From: an uncultured Gammaproteobacteria bacterium | Lineage (GTDB): Bacteria > Patescibacteriota > Patescibacteriia > UBA1558 > S5-K13 | Direction of reading: 5' to 3' | Assembly: GCA_964486685.1 (NCBI GenBank) | Contig: CAZAOE010000004.1 | Coordinates: 1-62,803 of the forward strand | DNA: 62,803 nucleotides | Shown here: one piece after another, positions 32,511-41,882 of the stretch | How the letters are laid out: each line of letters begins with the position of its first letter | Position numbering within the stretch: position 1 is the first letter of the stretch | The notes under the pieces: generated by a model | What the model saw: the letters and a program-made list of their open reading frames with translations, nothing else | Told to the model about the DNA's origin: nothing | Databases searched by the model: none | Made by a program: the position numbers and the translations under genes

Positions 32511-33536
32511 TCATTTAATAATTATTTGATCTTTTTGTCTTAAATCAATATATTCGATATTATCTAATTCTTTATTGCCCTCCTCTATTAAATAACGATA
32601 TAAATTAGAAATTTGACCTTCTAAATCCTCGTTGATTTTAAAATAAATTTTAAAATTATCTGTAACTAAAATTAAAAAATTTGGTCCAGCAAATTGATAT
32701 TCATAATATTTTCTCTGATAATTAAACTTTTCCTTATAATTATAATCTAAGTATAAAATATTTTCTATGATCTCTTCTTTAAAAAATTTATCCCCAATAT
32801 TAGGCATATTTGGATAAACTTCTTTCTCTATCGGCGCTATAATTGCTTCTTCTTTAACAATTAATCCTTGCCCTGTATCAGCCCAAACAAAAATAGTAGA
32901 AGTACTATTGGTGTCCTGATAAAGCGGATGGTCTCTAACAATCCTGCTATTTTGTTTATCAATCTCTTCTTGATTAATAATAATTTCTTGCGGAACTTCT
33001 TTAATAATAATTTCGTCTTCTGCTGGTGGGGCTACTTGAGAAATTAAAATTCCCTGTTCATCAACTAAAAAATTACGATTATCAATTGTATAAAATAATT
33101 TATAAGGCCTTTCTTCTAATTTTATAAATAAAGTAGAAAAGTATTTTTTCTCTACTTGTAAATAATTAAATAAATAATCTTGGGCCAAGCTCTGCTCTGC
33201 CTTGTCTGGGCTAAATAAAAAATAATTATTATTCTTGAAAAATATTAATCTTCTTTTATTTAATATTTCTTCGCATTTTTCAATAATTTCTTGCGTAGAA
33301 ATTTCTTCGTTGCCTTCGACAATGATTTGGTTTATCTTAAAATAACTAGAAAATAAAATAATATAAACAAAATACATGCAAACAAATGCCAAAAAAAGAA
33401 TTAAAACTCGAGTTTGCCATTTTAATTTAGCGGTTTTAGAAAAATATTCTGTAATTTTGCTTCTACTATAATTCTCTCTTCTCTTAAAAGAAACGTTTTT
33501 TTTCCAAGCTGGATTTTTGGGTATATATCTATACAT
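32511..33536 (-). CDS. FtsQ/DivIB-like cell division protein
   Basis: 341 aa with a single TM helix followed by a POTRA-like FKINQIIVEGNEEISTQEII segment. Ends with TGA. Confidence 0.6.
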   Translation of the reverse strand: MYRYIPKNPAWKKNVSFKRRENYSRSKITEYFSKTAKLKWQTRVLILFLAFVCMYFVYIILFSSYFKINQIIVEGNEEISTQEIIEKCEEILNKRRLIFFKNNNYFLFSPDKAEQSLAQDYLFNYLQVEKKYFSTLFIKLEERPYKLFYTIDNRNFLVDEQGILISQVAPPAEDEIIIKEVPQEIIINQEEIDKQNSRIVRDHPLYQDTNSTSTIFVWADTGQGLIVKEEAIIAPIEKEVYPNMPNIGDKFFKEEIIENILYLDYNYKEKFNYQRKYYEYQFAGPNFLILVTDNFKIYFKINEDLEGQISNLYRYLIEEGNKELDNIEYIDLRQKDQIIIK

Positions 33537-33537
33537 T

Positions 33538-34557
33538 TTAATATCCTCTTTTGATTCTTCTTATGCTTTCAATTAAATAATTAATAAAATATTTAGGTCT
33601 TAAAATTAAATCTTGAGCGTGAACATATTTTTCAGCCCAGCCCCCAAAGCCCATTTTAAATCTGCTTAAACCCAGCCAAGGATGCTTTTTTTTATCTGCT
33701 GGGGCAATTCCCCAAAAATTATAGAGTTTTAATCCCCTGGCCTTAGCTTCTAAAATGGCCTCCCATTGTAAAAGCTCTGCTGCTGGAACCTGGGCAAATT
33801 TTCTAATTGAAGCCCCGTGATGGTAAAAACCGGAATTATTAGCAAAAATAATTACAGCAGTTGCTATGAGAATATCTTGATAATAAGCAAAAAAGATCAT
33901 GGCCTTATTTTGAAAGCTAAAAATTTTAAACTCTTTTTGAATATATTCTTTGGAAAAAGGCACAAAGTCCTGCCGGTCAGCCGTTTGCTGATATAAATTA
34001 TAAAATTCATCTATATAATCCAAATTTTTGGTTTTAATAATTTTTACCTCATCTCTTTGGGCCTTATTAATTGAATACCTGGTTCTTTTTTTCATTGCTC
34101 TTAAAAGTTGGTTTGAATCTGCTTCAATATCTAAAATCCAGGCAATTTCTGGATGCATATGGATAGGTGCATTTTTAAAACCTAAATTTTTAAATATATT
34201 TTGATTATCTTGACTGTCTTTTAATAGGGGGCTGATTCTAATAAAATCAACCTTTTCTTGCTTGGCTAATTTTTTAATATAATTAATTAATTCATTAAAA
34301 ATATTTTTTTCTTGATAATTAATTAATGGTCCATGCGGACAAAATAAAAATGACCCTCTTTTAGCCCTTATCTTATAAATAAAAGCTATACCCTTTAATT
34401 GCTCGGCTTGATATATTCCTAATCTAAAAATTTTATAACCCAATTCTTCTTGAGCCAGACCCCATTCCCAAGTATGCAAAAAAGTGTGCGGAGCATATTT
34501 TTGTTCAAAATTAGTCCACTCCTCTCGAGAATCTATTTTTTTAATTTTATAATTCAT
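33538..34557 (-). CDS. FemAB-family peptidoglycan interpeptide-bridge aminoacyltransferase
   Basis: 339 aa. N-terminal HTFLHTWEWG and overall length typical of the FemX/FemAB family (tRNA-dependent lipid II aminoacyl transferases). Confidence 0.7.
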   Translation of the reverse strand: MNYKIKKIDSREEWTNFEQKYAPHTFLHTWEWGLAQEELGYKIFRLGIYQAEQLKGIAFIYKIRAKRGSFLFCPHGPLINYQEKNIFNELINYIKKLAKQEKVDFIRISPLLKDSQDNQNIFKNLGFKNAPIHMHPEIAWILDIEADSNQLLRAMKKRTRYSINKAQRDEVKIIKTKNLDYIDEFYNLYQQTADRQDFVPFSKEYIQKEFKIFSFQNKAMIFFAYYQDILIATAVIIFANNSGFYHHGASIRKFAQVPAAELLQWEAILEAKARGLKLYNFWGIAPADKKKHPWLGLSRFKMGFGGWAEKYVHAQDLILRPKYFINYLIESIRRIKRGY

Positions 34558-35819
34558 GGTTTAAAAGAATTAATGGCTTTAATGATTCTATGGGCATCTT
34601 TAGGGTAAATATTTATATTTACTGGCAAATTAGCTGATTGCGCAGACATCTCCTCTGCTACTGGACAAGTACCTTTTTGATACTTGGTTTGAGAAAAATC
34701 AATATCATGGGGAGCAATATTTGGTTGATACCAATCTCCTAAAATAATCTGTTGTTTTTTTAAATAAATTTTTAATTCCTTGAAATAATTAGTTAATAAA
34801 GGATATCTTAAACAAATACTATTCTGTAAATCAATATTATTCGTTTGCCAAGGCAATTTAATATATTGATTCTTAATTTCTTGATTATAAATCTGAGCAA
34901 TTTTTTTTCTATGAGCAATATTTATTTCTAAGGCCTTTAATTGCTCAAATAAAATATTAGCTAAAGAATTTGGCAATTGGGCTGGATAAAAAACATCTGG
35001 CTCTCCTCTCTTTTCTGGCTGATAAATAATTTTATTAATAATATTTAATTTTTTAGAAATATATAAAATTAATTTACCTAAAAAAATACTATAAAATATT
35101 TTTCCCTTCCAAAAAGCCGGATAATGAAATAAATGTTGCAAAACTCTGCTGAATGGCGACTGCTGAAGATTGTTTTGAATGCTTTTTAATTTTAAACCCA
35201 AATTGTCTTGATTAGTGATTAAAGCCCCGCCGCGAACACAGGAAATAATTTTATCTGAACCAAAACTAAACATTCCTATATCACCCCAAGTACCAGTTAA
35301 TTTACCTTGATATTTGGTGCCTAAAGAATGGGCACAATCCTCAATAATTTTTAAATTATATTTTTTGGCAATAATCAATAATTTATCTATATCAGCTACG
35401 GCCCCAAAAGTATGCTGAATTATTAAAACTTTTGCCTGAGGTGTAATTTTCTTTTCTAAATCTTCAGCATCCATATTAAAATCATTTTGCACATCAATAT
35501 AAACTGGCTTGGCCCCAGTCCAATTAATAGCATTAGCCACCACCACACAAGTATAGCCCTGAACCAAAACCTCGTCTCCTGCTTGGACGCCTAAGGCCTT
35601 GAGAGCTAAATGTAAAGCACTGCGACCACTATCAAAAACAAAACAATATTTAGATTGAAAATAATTTCTTAATACTGCTTCTGCTTTTTGAGGATAATTT
35701 CCAAAAATAATTTTAGGCCAATTCCAGGGCAAACATAAAAATTTTAAAGATATTAAAACATCTTTAAATCTTAAATTAGGAGCAAAACCAGTAAAAATTG
35801 TTTTTTGAAAAAACATCAA
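34554..35819 (-). CDS. DegT/DnrJ/EryC1/StrS-family PLP aminotransferase
   Basis: 421 aa with GDEVLVQGYTCVVVANAI and the PLP-lysine segment FSFGSDKIISC. Confidence 0.8.
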   Translation of the reverse strand: MMFFQKTIFTGFAPNLRFKDVLISLKFLCLPWNWPKIIFGNYPQKAEAVLRNYFQSKYCFVFDSGRSALHLALKALGVQAGDEVLVQGYTCVVVANAINWTGAKPVYIDVQNDFNMDAEDLEKKITPQAKVLIIQHTFGAVADIDKLLIIAKKYNLKIIEDCAHSLGTKYQGKLTGTWGDIGMFSFGSDKIISCVRGGALITNQDNLGLKLKSIQNNLQQSPFSRVLQHLFHYPAFWKGKIFYSIFLGKLILYISKKLNIINKIIYQPEKRGEPDVFYPAQLPNSLANILFEQLKALEINIAHRKKIAQIYNQEIKNQYIKLPWQTNNIDLQNSICLRYPLLTNYFKELKIYLKKQQIILGDWYQPNIAPHDIDFSQTKYQKGTCPVAEEMSAQSANLPVNINIYPKDAHRIIKAINSFKP

Positions 35820-36766
35820 ATTTTTTTAGTTAAAAAATCCACTTTAATTTTCAATCCTTCTTTGGGATAAACAAAAGGATGCTGTAAAATTGGAACTCTA
35901 AATTTTTTATTGTCTAAAATAATTGGAATATCACAGGCCTGTGAAAAAACTATTCGATCGCTTCCTATATTATTTAAAGAGCCGAGCTTTAAAGTTTTTT
36001 CCTGTTGATATAAATGCTCAATAGCTGGATCTGCTGGCGCCCATTTCTCATTGGGCAATAAAATTTCTGGCCAAGCATGCATAGTATTATTTTTATAACC
36101 AGCCCAAAAACCAGATAAAATTCTAGCTGGAATACCCTTTAAAATGCACAGGGAGACAAACAAAGAAGAAAAGCCACCACAATCAACACATTTTCTGTCT
36201 AAAGCATCCTGAGCAGAATAAAGGCCTGATATTGGGTCTCCATATTTAAGATTAGCAATTAAATAATTGTTTATTTTTTGTAAAATTTCATCAATTCTAT
36301 CCTCATCTCTAATAATTTCATCTGCTAAATCCTGAATATCCTTATCCTCTAAATTTAGAAAACTATTCTTTTTTTTATAAATCTGATTTTCTGTCTCCTC
36401 TTCATAATCTTGAAGCTTCAGTCCTTTTTCTAAAATTTCTACCCGCGGACTAACTTTAATAGAAAAATTCTCCTGAACCACAAAACTTTCTCGGGCCTTT
36501 AAATTCATTTTCCAAAAAACATACTTATTTCCATATTTTAAATCTTCTCCCCGACCATCTATTTGCGGGAAAAAATTTACAGAATCTAAAATATTTTGAT
36601 ATTTGGTATTACCGGGTACTGGCAAAACTAAAAAAAACTCTTTTTTAAAGTCGCTGTTATTAAAAATTTCTGCCCGATAATTAACTTTGTAGGTCTGGGG
36701 ATGGTTATAAAAATTTAATCCTAATTTATTCCTTAAAGAATTTAAGGATTTTCTTATTTTAAACAT
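35816..36766 (-). CDS. transglutaminase-like domain protein
   Basis: 316 aa with the core CVDCGGFSSLFVSLCILKGIPARILSGF and a later H (MHAWPE) and D, typical of the transglutaminase-like cysteine protease fold. Confidence 0.7.
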   Translation of the reverse strand: MFKIRKSLNSLRNKLGLNFYNHPQTYKVNYRAEIFNNSDFKKEFFLVLPVPGNTKYQNILDSVNFFPQIDGRGEDLKYGNKYVFWKMNLKARESFVVQENFSIKVSPRVEILEKGLKLQDYEEETENQIYKKKNSFLNLEDKDIQDLADEIIRDEDRIDEILQKINNYLIANLKYGDPISGLYSAQDALDRKCVDCGGFSSLFVSLCILKGIPARILSGFWAGYKNNTMHAWPEILLPNEKWAPADPAIEHLYQQEKTLKLGSLNNIGSDRIVFSQACDIPIILDNKKFRVPILQHPFVYPKEGLKIKVDFLTKKI

Positions 36767-38013
36767 TATTTTTCAATTCTAGATTTTAATATTTTAAAAT
36801 TTAAATACTTTCTTAATACCTTGGGTATTTTAACCGAACCATCTGCTTGTTGATTTTGTTCTAAGATAGCTGGTAAAATTCGCGAGGTAGCTAAACCAGA
36901 AGCATTTAAAGTATGAACAAATTTTTTGTTCCCTTGTTCGTCTTGATATTTTATATTAGCTCGCCGAGCTTGATAATCTAAAGCATTAGAAACGCTAGAA
37001 ACTTCTTTATAAATATCTATGCTCGGAAAATACACTTCTAAATCAATGGTTTTAGCCATAGTAGCACTAGTATCTTGGGCAGCTAATTTTGATGTTTGAA
37101 AATGTAAACCAAGCCCCTGAACAAGCTTTTCAGCGTTTTTTAATAATTCGTTGAATGATTCTTCGCTCTTAACTGGCTCAGCGAAATGAAACATTTCAAT
37201 TTTATTAAACTGATGTCCACGCATTATTCCTCTTTCTTTTGTACGATAAGCACCAGCTTCCTTTCTAAAGCAAGGCGAGAAAGCATAATATTTTAAAGGC
37301 AAATCTTGTTTTAAAATTTCATCTCGATGGTAATTTAAAAGCATCATTTCGCTAGTAGCATTTAAACACAATTGTTCATTATTTGTCCAAAATAAATCTT
37401 CTTTAAATTTTGGTAAATGGCCGGAAGCATAAGCTGATTCTTGATTTAATAAATAAGGTAATAATAAAAATTTATAGCCATTTTTTTGATGAAAATCTTT
37501 AAAATAATTCCACAAAGCCCATTCTAATTCTGCTCCTTGACCAACATAAGCCCAAAAACCAGCCCCAGACATCTTAGTGGCCCTTTGATAATCAATTAAA
37601 TTCAAGGATTGGGCTAATTCCATATGGTCCTTAATTTTAAAACTAAACTGGGGTTTTTTTCCATAAGTACTTATAACCTCATTATTTTCCTTACCACCAG
37701 CCAAAACATCAGCAGCCGGAATATTTGGTAAAGACGATAGCTCTTCTTTAAACTTTTTATCTAGATCATTAAATTTTTCTTCTAGAATTTTAATTTCTAC
37801 ACCTATTTTTTTCATTTCTTCTATAATTTCTAGACTAGGTTTGGTTTTAGAATGTTTATTTTTTTCCGCCTTTAAATTATCTAATTTGGCTATTAAATCA
37901 CGACGCTGTTTATCTAATTCTAAAATCTCATCCAAATTAATCTCTGGGACCCTCTTTTTTAAAGCTTTTTCAATTTCTGCTTTATTTTCTCTAATTTTTT
38001 GAATATCTAACAT
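36766..38013 (-). CDS. serS: seryl-tRNA synthetase
   Basis: 415 aa with an N-terminal coiled-coil arm, CFRKEAGAYRTKERGIMRGHQFNKIEMF (motif 2) and TLNASGLATSR (motif 3). Confidence 0.9.
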   Translation of the reverse strand: MLDIQKIRENKAEIEKALKKRVPEINLDEILELDKQRRDLIAKLDNLKAEKNKHSKTKPSLEIIEEMKKIGVEIKILEEKFNDLDKKFKEELSSLPNIPAADVLAGGKENNEVISTYGKKPQFSFKIKDHMELAQSLNLIDYQRATKMSGAGFWAYVGQGAELEWALWNYFKDFHQKNGYKFLLLPYLLNQESAYASGHLPKFKEDLFWTNNEQLCLNATSEMMLLNYHRDEILKQDLPLKYYAFSPCFRKEAGAYRTKERGIMRGHQFNKIEMFHFAEPVKSEESFNELLKNAEKLVQGLGLHFQTSKLAAQDTSATMAKTIDLEVYFPSIDIYKEVSSVSNALDYQARRANIKYQDEQGNKKFVHTLNASGLATSRILPAILEQNQQADGSVKIPKVLRKYLNFKILKSRIEK

Positions 38014-38170
38014 AGGTTTAGATTTTTTCTTTTTTGTCTCTCAAAAATTCTACCACCCCTTTGTCATTCTGAACTTGTTTCCTGCCTGCCGGTAGGCAGG
38101 CAGAATCTGTTATCAACAAAATAAATTTTTTAGATCCTGAAATAAATTCAGGATGACAAAAAAGAAAAAG

Positions 38171-38764
38171 TTACTTAATTATTATCTCAATTATATAATC
38201 TTTTTGTTCAATGGCATCAACTATATCTTGTCCAGAAATTACTTGGCCAAAAATAGTATGCAGACCATTTAACCAAGACGTAGCCGTGTGGGTAATAAAA
38301 ATTTGCGAACCATTGGTATTGGGTCCAGAATTAGCCATGGCCAAAACTCCGGCCTGAGCAAACTTTAAATTTGAATCAATCTCATCTTTAAAACTATATC
38401 CTGGTCCTCCTGTTCCAGCAATAGGTAATTTATCTGGATTATTATTCGGATCATAAACAAAATCTACATTCTCCTCTCCTTTGGTAAATAGATCACCGGT
38501 CTGAATCATAAAATCGGCAATTACCCGATGGAATTTTATATTATTATAATAATCTTCTTGAGCTAATTTAATAAAATTATCTACTGTAATCGGAGCTTGG
38601 TCTTTATAAAGTTTTAATTCTATATCGCCTTTATTGGTTTTAATAATTGCTTGCATATTTTTTTCAATTATTTCTTCTTTTTGATTAATATTGCTTATTT
38701 GTGCATTATTGGTACAGGCAGTTAGGCCTAAACAAATAATGGATAATAATAATATTTTTTTCAT
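38171..38764 (-). CDS. cyclophilin-type peptidyl-prolyl isomerase, lipoprotein
   Basis: 197 aa with the lipobox LGLTAC, FHRVIADFMIQTGD and MANSGPNTNGSQIFI. Confidence 0.9.
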   Translation of the reverse strand: MKKILLLSIICLGLTACTNNAQISNINQKEEIIEKNMQAIIKTNKGDIELKLYKDQAPITVDNFIKLAQEDYYNNIKFHRVIADFMIQTGDLFTKGEENVDFVYDPNNNPDKLPIAGTGGPGYSFKDEIDSNLKFAQAGVLAMANSGPNTNGSQIFITHTATSWLNGLHTIFGQVISGQDIVDAIEQKDYIIEIIIK

Positions 38765-38782
38765 AATATATATCTTAATTAT

Positions 38783-39340
38783 TTATAAACCCAATTCATT
38801 AGAAATACTTTGCATGGCTATTAAGCCAATCTTTAAAAAACGTTCTAAATCCATCTCAAAATCTGCACAAGCCACTATCCCTTCTCTGCGCGCTCCTTTG
38901 GCAAAATTACCCTCTCTAAATCTTTTTTGTAATGACGCTAATTTTAAATCCGCTAATTTTTTACTTGGCAAAACTAAAGTGGAAGCAACAATTAATCCAG
39001 TCAATGGGTCAACAGCATAAATACATTTTTCTATTAAAGTGTTTCGGGTTTTGCCAGTCATTTCATTATGTGCTCTAATAGCATTAGTTATAATTTTATC
39101 AACTCCAATTTTTTCCAACTCCTCTGCTATCTTAGCACCTTGCCTAGAAGAATTCTGCAAACATTCCTCGTCTTCCATATCAGCATCATGTAAAAGTCCT
39201 GCTAATCCCCAAGCCTCTTCATCCTCTCCAAAATGCTTAGCTAAGGCCCGCATAATGGCCTCGGTAGCCAACATATGCTTAATTGAATTCTGATTTTTTA
39301 CTCTGGACTTAATCAAATCCAAAGCTTCATCTCTAATCAT
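38783..39340 (-). CDS. HD-domain phosphohydrolase
   Basis: 185 aa with H...HD (LLHDADME) metal-binding motifs. Confidence 0.7.
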   Translation of the reverse strand: MIRDEALDLIKSRVKNQNSIKHMLATEAIMRALAKHFGEDEEAWGLAGLLHDADMEDEECLQNSSRQGAKIAEELEKIGVDKIITNAIRAHNEMTGKTRNTLIEKCIYAVDPLTGLIVASTLVLPSKKLADLKLASLQKRFREGNFAKGARREGIVACADFEMDLERFLKIGLIAMQSISNELGL

Positions 39341-39375
39341 ACTATTAACCTATTATTCAATTAACCTATTAACAA

Positions 39376-40857
39376 TTATTCTTTTGGTTTCATTAATGGA
39401 AAAATCTGACATTCTCGACCCGGTTTATCCATTAAAAAACTAAAAACCCTTTCACTCATTCCATAGCCACAAGTTGGTGGCATACCATATTCTAAGGCCT
39501 CCACAAATTCTTTATCATACATTTGAGCCTCATCATCTCCTTCGTCTCTTAATTTTTCTTGTTTTTGAAATCTTTGAGCTTGGTCAATGGGGTCATTTAA
39601 TTCACTATAGCCATTTCCTAATTCTGAACCAGCAATAATCGGCTGAAATCTTTGGGTAAGTTCTGGATTATCCTCTTTTCTTTTGGCCAAAGGAGAAACT
39701 ACTTCTGGAACGCCAATTAAAAATCCTGGACCCTTGATTTGCTTGCGACAGTATTTCCACAAATTATCTATCGCTCGAGTTAAATTAAAACCTTTTTGAT
39801 CATATTTAATTTTTAATTCTTTTAATTTAGCCTCTATTTCTTTTTGATTAGTTTTTAAAATATCTATCCCGGTCATTTTTTGCACAGTTTTTTGATAATC
39901 ATAAATTTCCCATTTTTTATTTAAATCTATATTAAAACCCTTAATTTTAAATTTGGCTGTCCCAAAAGTTTCCTGAGCCACATATTTATACATCTCTTCT
40001 ACTAATTGCATACCTTTTTTGTAATCAGCATAGGCCCAATAAAATTCCATTTGTTCATAGTCCTGTAAATGTTCGGCGTCCATGCCTTCGTTTCTAAATT
40101 GCCTACCAATTTCAAAAACTTTTTCAAAACCAGCCACCATTAACCTTTTATGCCATAATTCACCGGTCGAAATACGCAAATAAACATCTAAATCTAAAGC
40201 ATTATGATGAGTTATAAATGGCCGAGCATCAGCTCCTCCGGTTTTTATTTCTAAAGCCGGAGTTTGTACCTCTGTAAATCCTTTATCTAATAAAAAATTA
40301 CGAACAGCATTCCAAAACTTTCCTTTTTTAATAATCATTTCTTTGACTTCTGGATTGGCAAGAATATCTAAATATCTTTTTCTTAATCGCTCTTCTTCGT
40401 CTTTTAAACCATGATATTTTTCTGGTAAAGGTCGTAAGGTTTTAGTTAATAATTTCCAATCCTTAACCATTAAACTTTGTTCGCCTTTATGGGTAATAAA
40501 AAGAGTGCCATTAGCTTGGATAAAATCCCCAATATCAATTAATTTTGTAAAGTTTTTGTATTTTTCATCGCCAACTTCTTTTTTAGAAAAAGCTAATTGT
40601 ATTATTCCAGAATCATCTTGGATTTGAGCAAAACTAAGATTTCCATGCGAACGAATACTTCTTAAACGACCACATAAAAAAATATCCTCTTTCTTTTTTT
40701 CCAACTTTTTAAAATTAGCCAAAACTTCCTCAATCATGTGGGTTCTTTTAGAAACAGCTGGATAAGGATCAATACTTTTTTCCCGAATCTTTTTTAAACG
40801 CTCAACGCGAATCTTATATTCGTCGCTAGGGTTAATAATTGTTTGTTTATCTGCCAT
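39376..40857 (-). CDS. lysS: lysyl-tRNA synthetase (class II)
   Basis: OB fold plus class II core (FRNEGMDAEHLQDYEQMEFYWAY, GYGMSERV). ATG 40857 (MADKQ...) is preferred to the track's TTG 40893. Confidence 0.9.
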   Translation of the reverse strand: MADKQTIINPSDEYKIRVERLKKIREKSIDPYPAVSKRTHMIEEVLANFKKLEKKKEDIFLCGRLRSIRSHGNLSFAQIQDDSGIIQLAFSKKEVGDEKYKNFTKLIDIGDFIQANGTLFITHKGEQSLMVKDWKLLTKTLRPLPEKYHGLKDEEERLRKRYLDILANPEVKEMIIKKGKFWNAVRNFLLDKGFTEVQTPALEIKTGGADARPFITHHNALDLDVYLRISTGELWHKRLMVAGFEKVFEIGRQFRNEGMDAEHLQDYEQMEFYWAYADYKKGMQLVEEMYKYVAQETFGTAKFKIKGFNIDLNKKWEIYDYQKTVQKMTGIDILKTNQKEIEAKLKELKIKYDQKGFNLTRAIDNLWKYCRKQIKGPGFLIGVPEVVSPLAKRKEDNPELTQRFQPIIAGSELGNGYSELNDPIDQAQRFQKQEKLRDEGDDEAQMYDKEFVEALEYGMPPTCGYGMSERVFSFLMDKPGRECQIFPLMKPKE

Positions 40858-40958
40858 AAATTTATTTGAAATTATATTTAAATCATAAGCCAAAACTCCG
40901 CATTTTAATGCGTATTTCTTATCTTTATTATAACAATTCTATACACATTGAAAAGCCC

Positions 40959-40987
40959 TTGACATCAACATTTATTTATGCTATTCT
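40959..40987 (+). promoter_or_regulatory. sigma70-like promoter TTGACA-17-TATTCT
   Basis: TTGACA at 40959-40964, 17-nt spacer, TATTCT at 40982-40987. It is followed by GGGAGG (41012-41017) 6 nt before ATG 41024. Confidence 0.55.
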
Positions 40988-41023
40988 TCAAAAATCACAA
41001 AAAAATAATCTGGGAGGATTATA

Positions 41024-41587
41024 ATGAAAAAAATAACGTTGTTGCCAATAGGGATAGCCCTATTTTTGGCCATCCAAATCCTTTTTTCTCTTATTTGGAA
41101 AGAAAAAATAATTTGGACCGAAAACATCCTTTGGGTAAGTTTAATTATAGGACTCATATTAGCGATAGCCCTTGATAAACCCAAAATTGCTATTATCTTA
41201 GAAGTTGTCAGTGTATTTGCCTTGTTGTCTATCTTATTCATAAATAAAGTAACGTTCTTATTGGGGATTGAGGATCTGAAATATATTGTCAATCCTTTGT
41301 CGTATTTCATAATTACAGTAACAATTATGGGTGTCATATTAAACAAGATGCTCAAAAAACAGATCAGTCACGTTACTATAATTTGGAATAATATTTTGAT
41401 TCTTGTAGTTACTATGTTGATTGCCATAATTATTTTAAATAATTACGAAATAATTGACATGGGTCTGCTTTATGTCAAACCATGGAAATTATTTCTAATA
41501 TTGATCGTCAACATCATAATGTGTGTTGAACTTAACAAAGAACACGCTGAGTCAATTGGAACTGAATCTGAAACTCAAAACCAATAA
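41024..41587 (+). CDS. hypothetical polytopic membrane protein
   Basis: 187 aa with about 5 hydrophobic helices. One of the few genes here with a clear SD. Chosen over the overlapping antisense ORF 40981..41355. Confidence 0.5.
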   Translation: MKKITLLPIGIALFLAIQILFSLIWKEKIIWTENILWVSLIIGLILAIALDKPKIAIILEVVSVFALLSILFINKVTFLLGIEDLKYIVNPLSYFIITVTIMGVILNKMLKKQISHVTIIWNNILILVVTMLIAIIILNNYEIIDMGLLYVKPWKLFLILIVNIIMCVELNKEHAESIGTESETQNQ

Positions 41588-41730
41588 TTATTTAACTCCT
41601 TGGGCAGTTCGCAATCGCGTTCTGCCTTTTTTCTTTTTTAAAAATTATATAATCTCAAGTTAGAAGGGCTTAAACTATCAACTTCTCCACGCGGTCGAAG
41701 ATTGATAGATTTAAATCTCTTTGAAAAATC

Positions 41731-41790
41731 CTGGTAACTTTTATCCCGTTAAATTATCGCTTCGCGATATTATTTAACGGGATAAACCTG
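41731..41790. repeat. CCCGTWA hairpin with TATCGCTTCGCGATA centre (family copy 3 of 3)
   Basis: AACTTTTATCCCGTTAAATTATCGCTTCGCGATATTATTTAACGGGATAAACCTG, about 95 nt upstream of the priA-like gene. Confidence 0.85.
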
Positions 41791-41882
41791 TCTGACCACC
41801 GGTAATCCATGGGACAAAGGAAGGTAACCAGTAACTAATTCTTCCCCTTTATACTTTCTCCTTTTTCCTTTATACTTAAAAT

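Noticed and set aside
38050-38058. GGGTGGTA on the minus strand upstream of serS, resembling the T-box core
   Set aside because: The leader is only about 157 nt. It lacks a recognisable specifier loop, AG bay or GNUGA motifs, and the rest of the T-box consensus (ACCGCG) is absent. The match is short and sits within a GC-rich repeat.
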